A stretch of 32,000 nucleotides of DNA. Source: Nitratidesulfovibrio vulgaris str. Hildenborough. Its GTDB lineage: Bacteria; Desulfobacterota; Desulfovibrionia; Desulfovibrionales; Desulfovibrionaceae. The notes beneath the pieces are model-generated. The model saw only the letters and a program-made list of their open reading frames with translations, was not told the origin of the DNA and searched no databases. The position numbers and the translations under genes are program-made. This document shows, piece after piece, positions 1-9,007 of the stretch (position 1 is the stretch's first letter; each line of letters starts with the position of its first letter). Location of the stretch: assembly GCF_000195755.1 (NCBI RefSeq), contig NC_002937.3, forward strand, positions 3,090,001 to 3,122,000. The letters run 5' to 3'.

Positions 1-631
1 TCGCATGACCATGGCGAACATGGCCATCGAAGCTGGCGGCAAGGCCGGACTCTTCGCCGCCGACGCCAAGACGCTCACGTACTGCACCACCGCCGGACGC
101 ACGGGTGATACGGCGTTCAGCGCCGACGCCGGGGCGGTGTACGAGCGCGAACTCTCCTTCGACGTGACGGGCATGACCCCGGTGGTCGCCTGCCCGCACC
201 TGCCCGACAACGTGAAGCCCGTCTCCGAGGTGAAGGACGTGACCGTGCAGCAGGTGGTCATCGGGTCGTGCACCAACGGGCGCATCGGCGACCTGCGCGA
301 AGCGGCTGCCGTCCTGCGCGGGCGCAAGGTGTCGCGTGACGTGCGCTGCATCGTCCTGCCCGCCACCCCCGGCATCTGGCGTCAGGCACTGCGCGAGGGA
401 CTCATCGAGACCTTCATGGAAGCGGGCTGCATCGTCGGCCCCGCCACCTGCGGCCCCTGCCTTGGCGGACACATGGGCATCCTCGCCGACGGCGAGCGCG
501 CCATCGCCACCACCAACCGCAACTTCAAGGGGCGCATGGGCAGTCTCGAGTCGGAGGTCTACCTCTCCGGGCCTGCCACGGCTGCCGCCTCCGCCGTCAC
601 CGGCGTCATCACCGACCCCTCAACCCTCTAG
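1..631 (+). CDS. leuC: 3-isopropylmalate dehydratase large subunit, C-terminal part (5' end outside window, reading frame 2)
   Basis: Open from the window edge to TAG at 629-631. Aconitase-family motifs '[13 protein letters not shown]', '[12 protein letters not shown]' and 'NRNFKGRMG'. leuD follows directly. Confidence 0.9.
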   Translation, partial: RMTMANMAIEAGGKAGLFAADAKTLTYCTTAGRTGDTAFSADAGAVYERELSFDVTGMTPVVACPHLPDNVKPVSEVKDVTVQQVVIGSCTNGRIGDLREAAAVLRGRKVSRDVRCIVLPATPGIWRQALREGLIETFMEAGCIVGPATCGPCLGGHMGILADGERAIATTNRNFKGRMGSLESEVYLSGPATAAASAVTGVITDPSTL

Positions 632-648
632 CCGACGAAGGAACGACC

Positions 649-1152
649 ATGCGTTACGCAGGAACGGCCCACAAGGTGGGCGACCATATCGATACCGACG
701 CCATCATCCCGGCGCGCTTCCTCGTCACCACCGATGCGCAGAAGCTCGGCGAGAACTGCATGGAGGGGCTCGAACACGGCTGGGTGGCGCGCGTGAAATC
801 CGGCGACATCATGGTGGGCGGCCGCAACTTCGGGTGCGGTTCGTCGCGCGAACACGCCCCCATCGCCATCCTCGGTGCGGGAATGCCCGTAGTGGTGGCG
901 CACAGCTTCGCACGCATCTTCTACCGCAACGGCTTCAACATGGGCCTGCTGCTGCTTGAGGTGGGCGACGATGTCGACAAGATAGCGGACGGTGACGACA
1001 TCGAGGTCGATGCCGCATCGGGCGTCATCACCAATCGCACCACGGGTGCCACCATCACCTGCGCACCCGTGCCGCAATCCATGCGCGAATTGCTGGATAC
1101 GGGCGGGCTCGTGCCTTACGTCCGCGCACGCCTCGAAAGGGAGAACGGCTAG
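649..1152 (+). CDS. leuD: 3-isopropylmalate dehydratase small subunit (short type-2 LeuD, 167 aa)
   Basis: ATG 649 lies 17 nt after the leuC stop, with 'GGAA' upstream. Swivel-domain motif '[15 protein letters not shown]'. Confidence 0.9.
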   Translation: MRYAGTAHKVGDHIDTDAIIPARFLVTTDAQKLGENCMEGLEHGWVARVKSGDIMVGGRNFGCGSSREHAPIAILGAGMPVVVAHSFARIFYRNGFNMGLLLLEVGDDVDKIADGDDIEVDAASGVITNRTTGATITCAPVPQSMRELLDTGGLVPYVRARLERENG

Positions 1153-1154
1153 CG

Positions 1155-2162
1155 ATGCGTACCAGCCTCGAATGCCTTCCCTGCATGATGCGGCAGGCGC
1201 TGCGCGTGTTGCACCTTGCCGTGCCCGACACCATGCCCGCCGATGCGGAGGCACCGGACACGTCCGGGCAGCCCGCCGCGCCCCTGCGGGCCGAGGGGCC
1301 GTGTACCCCCTGCACTGAAGCGGAACGCACCGGAACAGGCGCTGCGGCAGCATCCCCCTGTACAACAAGCACGGCACGCGCCGCACACGCGCGGCGCGAG
1401 GCCATCGCCAAGCGCTTCATGGAACGGGTGTCGCGTCTCGACTTCGCCGAATCGCCCCCCGGAGTGCTGCGCCATCTCTACGGCATGGTGCGCGAGGAGA
1501 CCGGCGTGGCCGACCCCTACGCCGTCGAGAAAGCTGCGGCCAATGCACGGGCACTGGAACTTCTTCCAGGGCTGCGTGAACGGGTGCGTAAGGCGGAAGA
1601 CCCGCTTCTCACGGCACTGCATCTCTCGGTCATCGGCAACTACCTCGATGCCGGAACGGGTATCGAGTTCGACTGGGAAGGTGCGCTTGAACGCGAACAG
1701 TCCCGGGACCTTGCAGCGGGCGGCACATACGCCCGCTTCAGCCAGAAAGTGCGGCAGGGTGCCGGTGTCGTCGTTGTCGGCGACAACTGCGGCGAAATCG
1801 CGCTCGACACGCTGCTGGTCTCTGAACTTCTGCGGAAGGGCTGCAACGTGACCTACGCCGTACGCGACGTGCCCGTACTCAACGACGCCACGCTTGAGGA
1901 TGCCGACGCGGTGGGCATGACAGCCCTGTGCCGCGTGGTCTCTTCAGGGTGCGACGCCCCCGGCACTGTCGCCGACCGCTGTTCGCCAGCCTTTCTCACG
2001 CTGCTGGCAAGGGCCGACGTGATTCTCGCCAAGGGACAGGGCAATTACGAGGGCATGAACACCACACACCCCGACGCCTTCTACGCGTTCAAGGCCAAAT
2101 GCCCGGTCATCGCCCGCGAACTCTCTGTTCCGCAGGGCACGACCATGTTCCGCAACGCATGA
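1155..2162 (+). CDS. DUF89 / ARMT1-like metal-dependent (damage-control) phosphatase family protein
   Basis: N-terminal '[12 protein letters not shown]'. Also '[16 protein letters not shown]' and '[13 protein letters not shown]', which I recognise as DUF89 signatures. The ATG is 2 nt after the leuD stop, and a GGGAGA lies inside the leuD end. A low-complexity Ala/Pro/Thr insert spans about 1242-1419. Confidence 0.72.
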   Translation: MRTSLECLPCMMRQALRVLHLAVPDTMPADAEAPDTSGQPAAPLRAEGPCTPCTEAERTGTGAAAASPCTTSTARAAHARREAIAKRFMERVSRLDFAESPPGVLRHLYGMVREETGVADPYAVEKAAANARALELLPGLRERVRKAEDPLLTALHLSVIGNYLDAGTGIEFDWEGALEREQSRDLAAGGTYARFSQKVRQGAGVVVVGDNCGEIALDTLLVSELLRKGCNVTYAVRDVPVLNDATLEDADAVGMTALCRVVSSGCDAPGTVADRCSPAFLTLLARADVILAKGQGNYEGMNTTHPDAFYAFKAKCPVIARELSVPQGTTMFRNA

Positions 2163-2191
2163 TGCGCCGCACGGCGCGTGGAGATACGACG

Positions 2192-3265
<1,074 letters not shown>

Positions 3266-3374
3266 CACACCACTTCGTCGATATGACATCATGCGTTGCC
3301 GACCACGGCGCGCGCGCTGCAAGGGCACACCCACCCGACCGGCACAATGAACGCAACCATGCGTGCATGCAAAA

Positions 3375-3403
3375 GGCGACGGCACCACCGTCGCCTTTGT
3401 TGT
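3375..3403 (+). terminator. Hairpin plus T-tract 110 nt after leuB, likely an intrinsic terminator (A-tract on the left makes it potentially bidirectional)
   Basis: GGCGACGG (3375-3382), loop CACCA, CCGTCGCC (3388-3395), then TTTGTTGT. AAAA precedes it at 3371-3374. The same hairpin starts each copy of the tandem repeat. Confidence 0.55.
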
Positions 3404-3795
3404 CGCCAGAGGCGACGACCCGGCGAAGGAAGCAGGCAGGGTTCACCCCTGCCGTCAGCGACCTGATGCCGTGCCTCCGCCAAGTCCATGCTCGCGGCAA
3501 TGAATCGCCCTACGCTGGCGGATGAACCCCGTGAACACGACAGGGGATTGGAATCATGTAGAACGACGGCACCACCGTCGCCTTTGTTGTCGCCAGAGGC
3601 GACGACCCGGCGAAGGAAGCAGGCAGGGTTCACCCCTGCCGTCAGCGACCTGATGCCGTGCCTTCGCCAAGCCCATGCCCCGGCATGAATCGCCCTACGC
3701 CAACGGATGGCCGCCGTGAATACGACAGGGGATTGGAATCCATGCCGGACGACGGCATCACCGTCGCCTTTGTTGTCGCCAAAGGCGACGACCCG
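3378..3795. repeat. Tandem repeat with a 187/186-bp period, about 2.2 copies (copy starts 3378, 3565, 3751)
   Basis: Copies 1 and 2 are identical for roughly the first 100 nt ('gacggcaccaccgtcgcctttgttgtcgccagaggcgacgacccggcgaaggaagcaggcagggttcacccctgccgtcagcgacctgatgccgtgcc'), then diverge by substitutions and small indels. Copy 3 is a 45-nt stub. Each unit contains three hairpins. Confidence 0.88.
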
Positions 3796-3800
3796 GCCTC

Positions 3801-3837
3801 AAACAAAAAAGGGGCGCAGACCAACGGCCCGCACCCC
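3801..3837 (-). terminator. Intrinsic terminator of the pspABC operon
   Basis: The minus strand reads GGGGTGC-(13 nt)-GCGCCCC followed by TTTTTTGTTT. It lies 37 nt downstream of the pspC stop. Confidence 0.6.
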
Positions 3838-3873
3838 CTGCACGGAGACGCCTCTCCTGCAAAAAACTCCGGG

Positions 3874-4296
3874 CTACGTGCCCGTCCTGAAGCGCCGTTC
3901 CCAGTCGAAGTCGCGGCGCGTCACCACGTCCTCCATCCGGCGCAACCTGTTGTCGAGCCTCTCGCAACGTTCCTTGAGCCTCGCAAGGGCCGACGTGCGC
4001 GAACGGACGCAGTCATCATAGAACCTGCGATCGCTGTCCGTCTCGAAAGGCAGTACCGGGCGCGGCTTGAGTATCAGCCCCATCAGAACATAGATGCCGA
4101 GAACAGGCCAGAATCCGGAAAAGAGGGCGGCGAAGACCACCAGCACCCGCACCCAGAATACCGACAGGCAGAAATGGTCGGCAAGCCCCTGACACACGCC
4201 CATGAACTTTCCGTCGCGGGCGCGGTACAGTCGCGAAGCACCATAGGAACCGAAACCGTCGCGGCATTGACCGCGTCGTCCGTGATAGCGGCTCAT
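3874..4296 (-). CDS. pspC: Phage shock protein C (PspC-domain membrane protein, 140 aa)
   Basis: 'LYRARDGKFMGVCQGLADHF' PspC domain, one hydrophobic span, and a C-terminal coiled-coil-like 'LKERCERLDNRLRRMEDVV'. GGAGGAGG lies 6 nt upstream. ATGA overlap with the pspB stop. Confidence 0.85.
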   Translation of the reverse strand: MSRYHGRRGQCRDGFGSYGASRLYRARDGKFMGVCQGLADHFCLSVFWVRVLVVFAALFSGFWPVLGIYVLMGLILKPRPVLPFETDSDRRFYDDCVRSRTSALARLKERCERLDNRLRRMEDVVTRRDFDWERRFRTGT

Positions 4297-4592
4297 GGTC
4301 TGCCTCCTCCGCGCCAGCCGTTGTCATCGCGGCGCGCATCGTCTGCGAGAAGGGTCTCCAGCGCCTCGACCCGGCGTTCAAGCCTGTCCATGGTGCTGTG
4401 CAACTCCTGCAACAGGCGCACATCGTCGGTGGCGGCACTTTCACTGCCACGCGAACGGAACATACGGGCAATGAGCACCAGCAGAAGAACCGCCACGAGC
4501 GCGGGCAACACCACAAACCAGAGCATCATGAACGATCCCATGCCGTGCACCACCGGTTCAAGACCATCGACCATCAACTGTCCGTGAAACAT
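4293..4592 (-). CDS. pspB: Phage shock protein B-like small membrane protein
   Basis: One TM segment ('FMMLWFVVLPALVAVLLLVLIA') followed by 'DDVRLLQELHSTMDRLERRVEALETLL', which matches PspB architecture. Start chosen at ATG 4592 (GGAGG 7 nt upstream). ATG 4613 and ATG 4541 are alternatives. Confidence 0.7.
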   Translation of the reverse strand: MFHGQLMVDGLEPVVHGMGSFMMLWFVVLPALVAVLLLVLIARMFRSRGSESAATDDVRLLQELHSTMDRLERRVEALETLLADDARRDDNGWRGGGRP

Positions 4593-4670
4593 CCTGCGGC
4601 CTCCGTCGCGCACCCGCGCGGGCGCACGCTCTCACTACCATAGTCTGCGCGACGTGGCGTCGCAAGGCCG

Positions 4671-5336
4671 TCAGCCATCCCGCCCCATCCTCTGACGCAG
4701 GGCTGCGAGGTCGCGTTCGATGGCGTCGCGTGTCTCAAGGTCGGCGAACACCCCGCCAGCCCCGCCCGAACGCGGAACACGCACGGCGTCGGCCTCGGCT
4801 TCCATGTGCTCGACCCGGCGTTCCATGGTCTCGAAACGCTCCATGACGTCGAACGACGCGGCGCGGCGTGATTCTTCGCGTGCCTGACGCCGCGCACGGG
4901 CATGGACATGCCTCTGGGCGAGCAGGCGCTGCTTCTCGCGTGCCGTGACAAGCTTCTGTTCCAGCACGTCCATGTCCTCTTGCGTGCGGGCGACCAGCGC
5001 CTCGCACTCTTCCGTCTCGCGGGTGAGGGCTTCGACATGTTCCGTGGCACGACGGCGTTCGAGCAATGCCTCGCGCGCAAGGTCTTCGCGTCCGGAATCG
5101 AGCGCGAGTTCGGCACGCCTGTCCCACAGAGACACCTGACGTTCAGCCTCTTCACCCTCACGGCCCAGCCTGCGGCACTCCGCCATGGTGCGGGCGCATG
5201 CGGCCTTGAGTTCCACCAGTGTCTCCTCCATCTCGCGAATCATGAGACGGATGAGCTTCTCCGGGTCTTCGGCCCGGTCGAGCATGGCGTTGATATTGGA
5301 AGAGACGATGTCCTTGAATCGGGAAAAGATGCCCAT
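4671..5336 (-). CDS. pspA: Phage shock protein A (PspA/IM30 family, 221 aa)
   Basis: 'MGIFSRFKDIVSSNINAMLDRAEDPEKLIRLMIREMEETL', then a long coiled coil. AGGAGG lies 5 nt upstream of ATG 5336. Confidence 0.92.
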   Translation of the reverse strand: MGIFSRFKDIVSSNINAMLDRAEDPEKLIRLMIREMEETLVELKAACARTMAECRRLGREGEEAERQVSLWDRRAELALDSGREDLAREALLERRRATEHVEALTRETEECEALVARTQEDMDVLEQKLVTAREKQRLLAQRHVHARARRQAREESRRAASFDVMERFETMERRVEHMEAEADAVRVPRSGGAGGVFADLETRDAIERDLAALRQRMGRDG

Positions 5337-5363
5337 GTCGGCCTCCTGCGGTTTACCCCGGCA

Positions 5364-5381
5364 CAGCACGAAGCGTGCCGG
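5364..5381 (-). promoter_or_regulatory. Sigma-54 (-24/-12) promoter of pspABC
   Basis: The minus strand reads cGGCACGcttcgTGCTg, against the consensus TGGCACG-N4-TTGCW. GG (5379-5378) and GC (5367-5366) are separated by exactly 10 nt. It sits about 30 nt upstream of the pspA ATG, and a sigma-54 activator gene is divergent. Confidence 0.6.
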
Positions 5382-5446
5382 GGAGCCGCAGCGAGACAAC
5401 ATGTGGAAATCCTTCACACCCTTGTGGCAGAGCCACACCATACGCT

Positions 5447-5475
5447 TTGGTTATGTCACCATTTACTGGTAAAAT
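5447..5475 (+). promoter_or_regulatory. Candidate sigma-70 promoter for pspF
   Basis: TTGGTT (5447-5452), 17-nt spacer, TAAAAT (5470-5475), with TG at the extended -10 position. It lies in the only AT-rich stretch of the intergenic region, 27 nt before the pspF ATG. Confidence 0.4.
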
Positions 5476-5501
5476 CCACCAAAACATGGTCTAAAGCCCA
5501 C

Positions 5502-6647
5502 ATGCGCAGCGATGCCCTCATCCCCACTCATCCCGGACTTGCCGAAGCACTCGGCCAGTCCGAGGCCTTTCTCGCCTTTCAGGAGGAGCTTTCGCGCGTG
5601 GCCAAGGTGGACAGGCCAGTGCTGCTTGTGGGCGAGCGCGGCACAGGCAAGGAACTGGCCGCCGCACGCCTGCACTTTCTCTCACGCCGCTGGCAGGGGC
5701 CTTTCGTCATTCTCGATGGCGCATCCCTCTCGCCTTCACTCGCCGAGGCCGAACTCTTCGGGCATGAGGCAGGCGCCTTCACGGGGGCAGCCATGCGCCG
5801 CCCCGGGCGGTTCGAGAGGGCCGACGGGGGCACGCTCTTCCTCGACGAGGCGGGCAACCTGCCTCTCAGCGTACAGGACAAGTTGCTACGGGTGGTGGAG
5901 TACGGGCAATACGAGCGGGTGGGGGGGACACAACGGCTGGAGGCTGACGTGCGCATCGTCGCCGCCACCAACGCCGACCTGCCGGGGCTTGTCCGGCAGG
6001 GCCGCTTCAGGGCCGACCTGCTCGACCGCCTCGCCTTCTGCGTGCTGCACCTGCCGCCGCTACGCGCACGCGGCGATGACGTGCTGCTGCTGGCCGAACA
6101 TTTCGCGACACGCTTCGCCATGGAGGCGGGACTCCCTGAACCGGAGTTCTCGACCCAGGCCCGACGCGCCCTTCTGACCTATGCGTGGCCCGGCAACATC
6201 CGGGAACTTCGCAACACCATCGAACGCTGTGTCCTCAAGGCCGAAGGCGGCATCATCACGGCACTGGACACCACACCTTTCGCCTCGCCGTGGCAGCACG
6301 GGCCGGCAGTCCACGCAGATGCCACGGCGGTCTCCACGCCAGCCGGAGGTGGGGCCACCCCGGGCCCCGCCTCTGCGCCGGATATCGACCCGGCGGACAC
6401 AGCCATGCAGCATGGTGATTCCGGCACCGCGACGACAACGCCCACCGCCTCATCTCCCAACCCACAGGCATGGACACAGGGAACCACGCTGCCCGACGCC
6501 GTGCGACACCTCGAGGAGGATGCCCTTCGCGGGGCCCTCGCCCGCACCCGGCACAACCGCCGCGCCGCCGCGGAATTGCTCGGACTGACCTACGATCAGT
6601 TTCGCGGGTTGTACCGCCGCCACAGGGACGCTATAGAGAAGACCTGA
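5502..6647 (+). CDS. pspF: psp operon transcriptional activator: sigma-54-dependent AAA+ enhancer-binding protein without a receiver or sensor domain (381 aa)
   Basis: First ATG after the intergenic region, in frame with ORF 4902..6647. Walker A 'GERGTGKE', 'GAFTGA' sigma-54 contact loop, Walker B 'LFLDEAG', and C-terminal HTH 'AAAELLGLTYDQFRGLYRRH'. Divergent from pspA. Confidence 0.88.
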   Translation: MRSDALIPTHPGLAEALGQSEAFLAFQEELSRVAKVDRPVLLVGERGTGKELAAARLHFLSRRWQGPFVILDGASLSPSLAEAELFGHEAGAFTGAAMRRPGRFERADGGTLFLDEAGNLPLSVQDKLLRVVEYGQYERVGGTQRLEADVRIVAATNADLPGLVRQGRFRADLLDRLAFCVLHLPPLRARGDDVLLLAEHFATRFAMEAGLPEPEFSTQARRALLTYAWPGNIRELRNTIERCVLKAEGGIITALDTTPFASPWQHGPAVHADATAVSTPAGGGATPGPASAPDIDPADTAMQHGDSGTATTTPTASSPNPQAWTQGTTLPDAVRHLEEDALRGALARTRHNRRAAAELLGLTYDQFRGLYRRHRDAIEKT

Positions 6648-6676
6648 ACCATCACGCAGCCCTCACGGAGAACGCC

Positions 6677-8629
6677 ATGTCAGAGCCTCGCCGCAATATC
6701 TACCTGCGAACCCTGCCCATAGAGGATGCCGTCACCCGCGCCCGCACAGCCCTTGACCGCGATGCGCTCATGCACACCGAGACCGTGCCCGCGCACGAAG
6801 CGGCGGGTCGGGTGCTGGCGGCCCCTGTGTACGCCCGCTTCTCGTCGCCCACATTCCACAGCGCGGCCATGGACGGCATCGCCGTCTCCGCGGCGAAGAC
6901 CTACACCGCGCGCGAAGGTTCGCCCCTCACACTTGCGCTCGACGCGGACTACCGCCCCGTGAACACGGGACATCCCATGCCCGAGGGCTGCGACGCCGTC
7001 ATCATGATCGAACAGGTCGTGCCCGTGGATGACACGCATGTGCAGATAGAGAGCCCCGCCTTCCCGTGGCAGCATGTGCGCCGCCTTGGCGAAGACATCG
7101 TGGCGACGGAACTGCTCTTTCCCCGCAACCATCCCCTGAACGCCTACGACGTGGGCACGCTCCTCTCCGGGGGCATATGGGAGGTCGAGGTATGGGAGAA
7201 GGTACGGGTACGCATCATCCCCACAGGGGACGAGGTGCTCGACTTCACCCTGCGCCCCGAACCCGGTGCGGGGCAGGTGGTGGAGTCGAACTCGCAGGTG
7301 CTCGCCACCATGGCACGCGGGCTCGGATGCAGCGTCGAACGCATCGCCCCCGTGCGCGACGACCCCGAGGCACTGCACGCGGCACTGCGCGACAGCCTCG
7401 ACGCGGGCACGCATCTCACCATCTTCTGTGCGGGTTCTTCGGCTGGCAGCAAGGACTTCACCCGTGCGACGATCGAGCGCGAGGGCGAGGTGCTCGTGCA
7501 CGGCATCGCCGCCATGCCCGGCAAACCCTCACTGCTGGGCGTATGCCGGGGCAGGCTGGTGGCGGGTGCCCCCGGCTATCCCGTCAGTTCGGTGGTCTGC
7601 TTCGAGGAACTGCTCACTCCGCTTCTGACATGGCTCTCCCGCCGCCAGTCTCAAGCCCGCCCCGTGGTGGAGGTGGAACTGACGCGCAAGGTGCCTTCGC
7701 GTCTCGGCATCGACGAATTCCTGCGCCTTTCGGTAGGCCGCGTTGGCGACAAACTGGTAGGGACGCCGCTGGCACGCGGAGCCGGCAACATCACCACCCT
7801 TTCACGGGCACAGGCCGTGGCGCGCATTCCCGCCGCCGCCGAAGGAGCAGAGGGGCATGAACGCCTCACCGCCGAACTCACCGTGCCCCCGGCACTCCTC
7901 GACCGCATCGTCGTCTGCGTGGGCAGCCACGACAACACCCTCGACCTGCTTGCCGATGAGCTGATGGGACGCGACGATCCCTTCCGCCTCGCCTCCACCC
8001 ATGTGGGCAGCATGGGGGGCATCAACGCCCTGCGTAACGGTTCGTGCCACTTCGCCGGGGCGCACCTCTTCGACCCCGAGACGGGCGACTACAACTTTCC
8101 CTTCATCGCCCGCTTCCTGGAGGGCGTACCCGTCACCGTGGTCAACCTCGCCATCCGCCATCAGGGGCTCATCGTGGCACCCGGCAACCCGATGGGCATA
8201 CAGGGAGTACAAGACCTCGCCCGAAAAGGGGTGCGCTTCATCAACAGGCAACGCGGTGCTGGCACCCGCATCCTTCTCGACTGGCATGTGCGCGAAGCGG
8301 GCATCTCCCCCGCCGAGGTCGCAGGCTACGACAAAGAGGAGTACACCCACATGGCCGTTGCCGCCAACGTGCTCACGGGCGCGGCGGATTGCGGCCTCGG
8401 CATCCACGCTGCGGCAAAGGCCCTCGGGCTGGACTTCGTGCCGCTTGCCCGTGAACGCTACGACCTGCTCATTCCAAACGCCTTCCTCGAAGAACCGCGC
8501 GTGCGTGCGGTGCTCGACCTGCTGCACACCCCCGCCTTCGCCGAACGCATCGGCAACCTCGGTGGTTACGAGACCACGCTGATGGGCCGGGTGATGCACC
8601 CCGGCGACGGGCTGGGTGACATGGGCTAG
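6677..8629 (+). CDS. moeA: Molybdopterin molybdenumtransferase MoeA fused to a C-terminal periplasmic-binding-protein-like domain (650 aa)
   Basis: ATG 6677 with GGAG 6 nt upstream. MoeA-like 'FHSAAMDGIAV', 'ESNSQVLATMARGLG' and 'GIAAMPGKPSLLG'. The C-terminal roughly 230 aa ('VVCVGSHDNTLDLL...NRQRGAGTRILLD...GLGIHAAAKALGLDFVPL') look like a PBP-type substrate-binding domain. Confidence 0.82.
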   Translation: MSEPRRNIYLRTLPIEDAVTRARTALDRDALMHTETVPAHEAAGRVLAAPVYARFSSPTFHSAAMDGIAVSAAKTYTAREGSPLTLALDADYRPVNTGHPMPEGCDAVIMIEQVVPVDDTHVQIESPAFPWQHVRRLGEDIVATELLFPRNHPLNAYDVGTLLSGGIWEVEVWEKVRVRIIPTGDEVLDFTLRPEPGAGQVVESNSQVLATMARGLGCSVERIAPVRDDPEALHAALRDSLDAGTHLTIFCAGSSAGSKDFTRATIEREGEVLVHGIAAMPGKPSLLGVCRGRLVAGAPGYPVSSVVCFEELLTPLLTWLSRRQSQARPVVEVELTRKVPSRLGIDEFLRLSVGRVGDKLVGTPLARGAGNITTLSRAQAVARIPAAAEGAEGHERLTAELTVPPALLDRIVVCVGSHDNTLDLLADELMGRDDPFRLASTHVGSMGGINALRNGSCHFAGAHLFDPETGDYNFPFIARFLEGVPVTVVNLAIRHQGLIVAPGNPMGIQGVQDLARKGVRFINRQRGAGTRILLDWHVREAGISPAEVAGYDKEEYTHMAVAANVLTGAADCGLGIHAAAKALGLDFVPLARERYDLLIPNAFLEEPRVRAVLDLLHTPAFAERIGNLGGYETTLMGRVMHPGDGLGDMG

Positions 8630-8652
8630 CAGAAAATCGACAACACCCCTTC

Positions 8653-8695
8653 GGACACGGGCAGCCAGCACGGTTGCCCGTGTCCTTCTTCTGTC
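8653..8695 (+). terminator. Intrinsic terminator after moeA
   Basis: GGACACGGGCA (8653-8663), 11-nt loop, TGCCCGTGTCC (8675-8685), then TTCTTCTGTC. It lies 24 nt after the stop codon. Confidence 0.6.
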
Positions 8696-8889
8696 AGGCG
8701 GCAGGATCGCCCTGCGAGAAGCATGCGCTACCGCCACATCTCCGGCATCCATGACGGCCTCGCGCCCACGTCAGAAGGCTGACACGCCTTGCATGTACAG
8801 CCCCCTCCTGCCCCGGCCACACAAAGGCAGGCTTCTTCGGCGCGCCTGAAACCCCTGCCTCCTGTGCACGCATGGCTGCCAGAGACATG

Positions 8890-8906
8890 CGGCACACATC
8901 GTGCAT
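8890..8906 (+). promoter_or_regulatory. Candidate sigma-54 -24/-12 element upstream of the glycosyltransferase operon
   Basis: cGGCACAcatcgTGCAT. GG (8891-8892) and GC (8903-8904) have 10-nt spacing. It is about 100 nt upstream of ATG 9008. Confidence 0.35.
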
Positions 8907-9007
8907 CCAGCACCCTGCACACTCGCTATCCGGCAACGCACGCGACGGGGACCCGATGCGTTCCGACGACAGCACCTCGCCAGCCGCGAGGCATCCGGGG
9001 ATTTGGC

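Noticed and set aside
1928-2191. N-terminal extension of the leuB ORF. The same issue applies to moeA (6470-6676) and pspF (4902-5501).
   Set aside because: The extensions overlap real neighbouring genes (DUF89, pspF 3' end, pspA antisense) and read as Arg/Pro-rich noise. The internal ATGs have Shine-Dalgarno sequences (leuB, moeA), or are the first ATG after the intergenic region (pspF), and give canonical N-termini.
3378-3795. Possible CRISPR array.
   Set aside because: The repeat unit is 187 bp with no alternating short repeat and unique spacer organisation. No cas genes are present.
3289-3824. Small ORFs inside the 187-bp repeat that encode repeated peptides, for example 'TAPPSPLLSPEATTRRRKQAGFTPAVSDLMPCLRQ' on the plus strand and 'MNPACFLRRVVASGDNKGDGGAV' on the minus strand.
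   Set aside because: The period is not a multiple of 3. On the minus strand the two copies fall in different frames of one ORF. Differences between copies are mainly non-synonymous. The sequence is dominated by perfect hairpins. The repeated peptides are a by-product of repeated DNA.
4649-4663. GCGACG-tgg-CGTCGC hairpin between pspA and pspB, considered as an intra-operon attenuator.
   Set aside because: It has only 6 bp with a 3-nt loop, and no U-tract follows on the transcribed strand.
5921-5927. G7/C7 homopolymer tracts inside pspF (5921-5927), the kinase-like/methyltransferase gene (18942-18948) and the methyltransferase gene (23256-23262), considered as phase-variation switches.
   Set aside because: Seven nucleotides is short for slipped-strand switching. 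Each tract is simply Gly-Gly (GGG GGG) coding in a GC-rich genome.
8630-9007. ORFs in the moeA-downstream spacer: 8616..8849(+), 8694..8975(-) and 8728..8922(-).
   Set aside because: They have no ribosome-binding sites and implausible compositions, and they overlap one another. The region is better explained as terminator plus promoter DNA.
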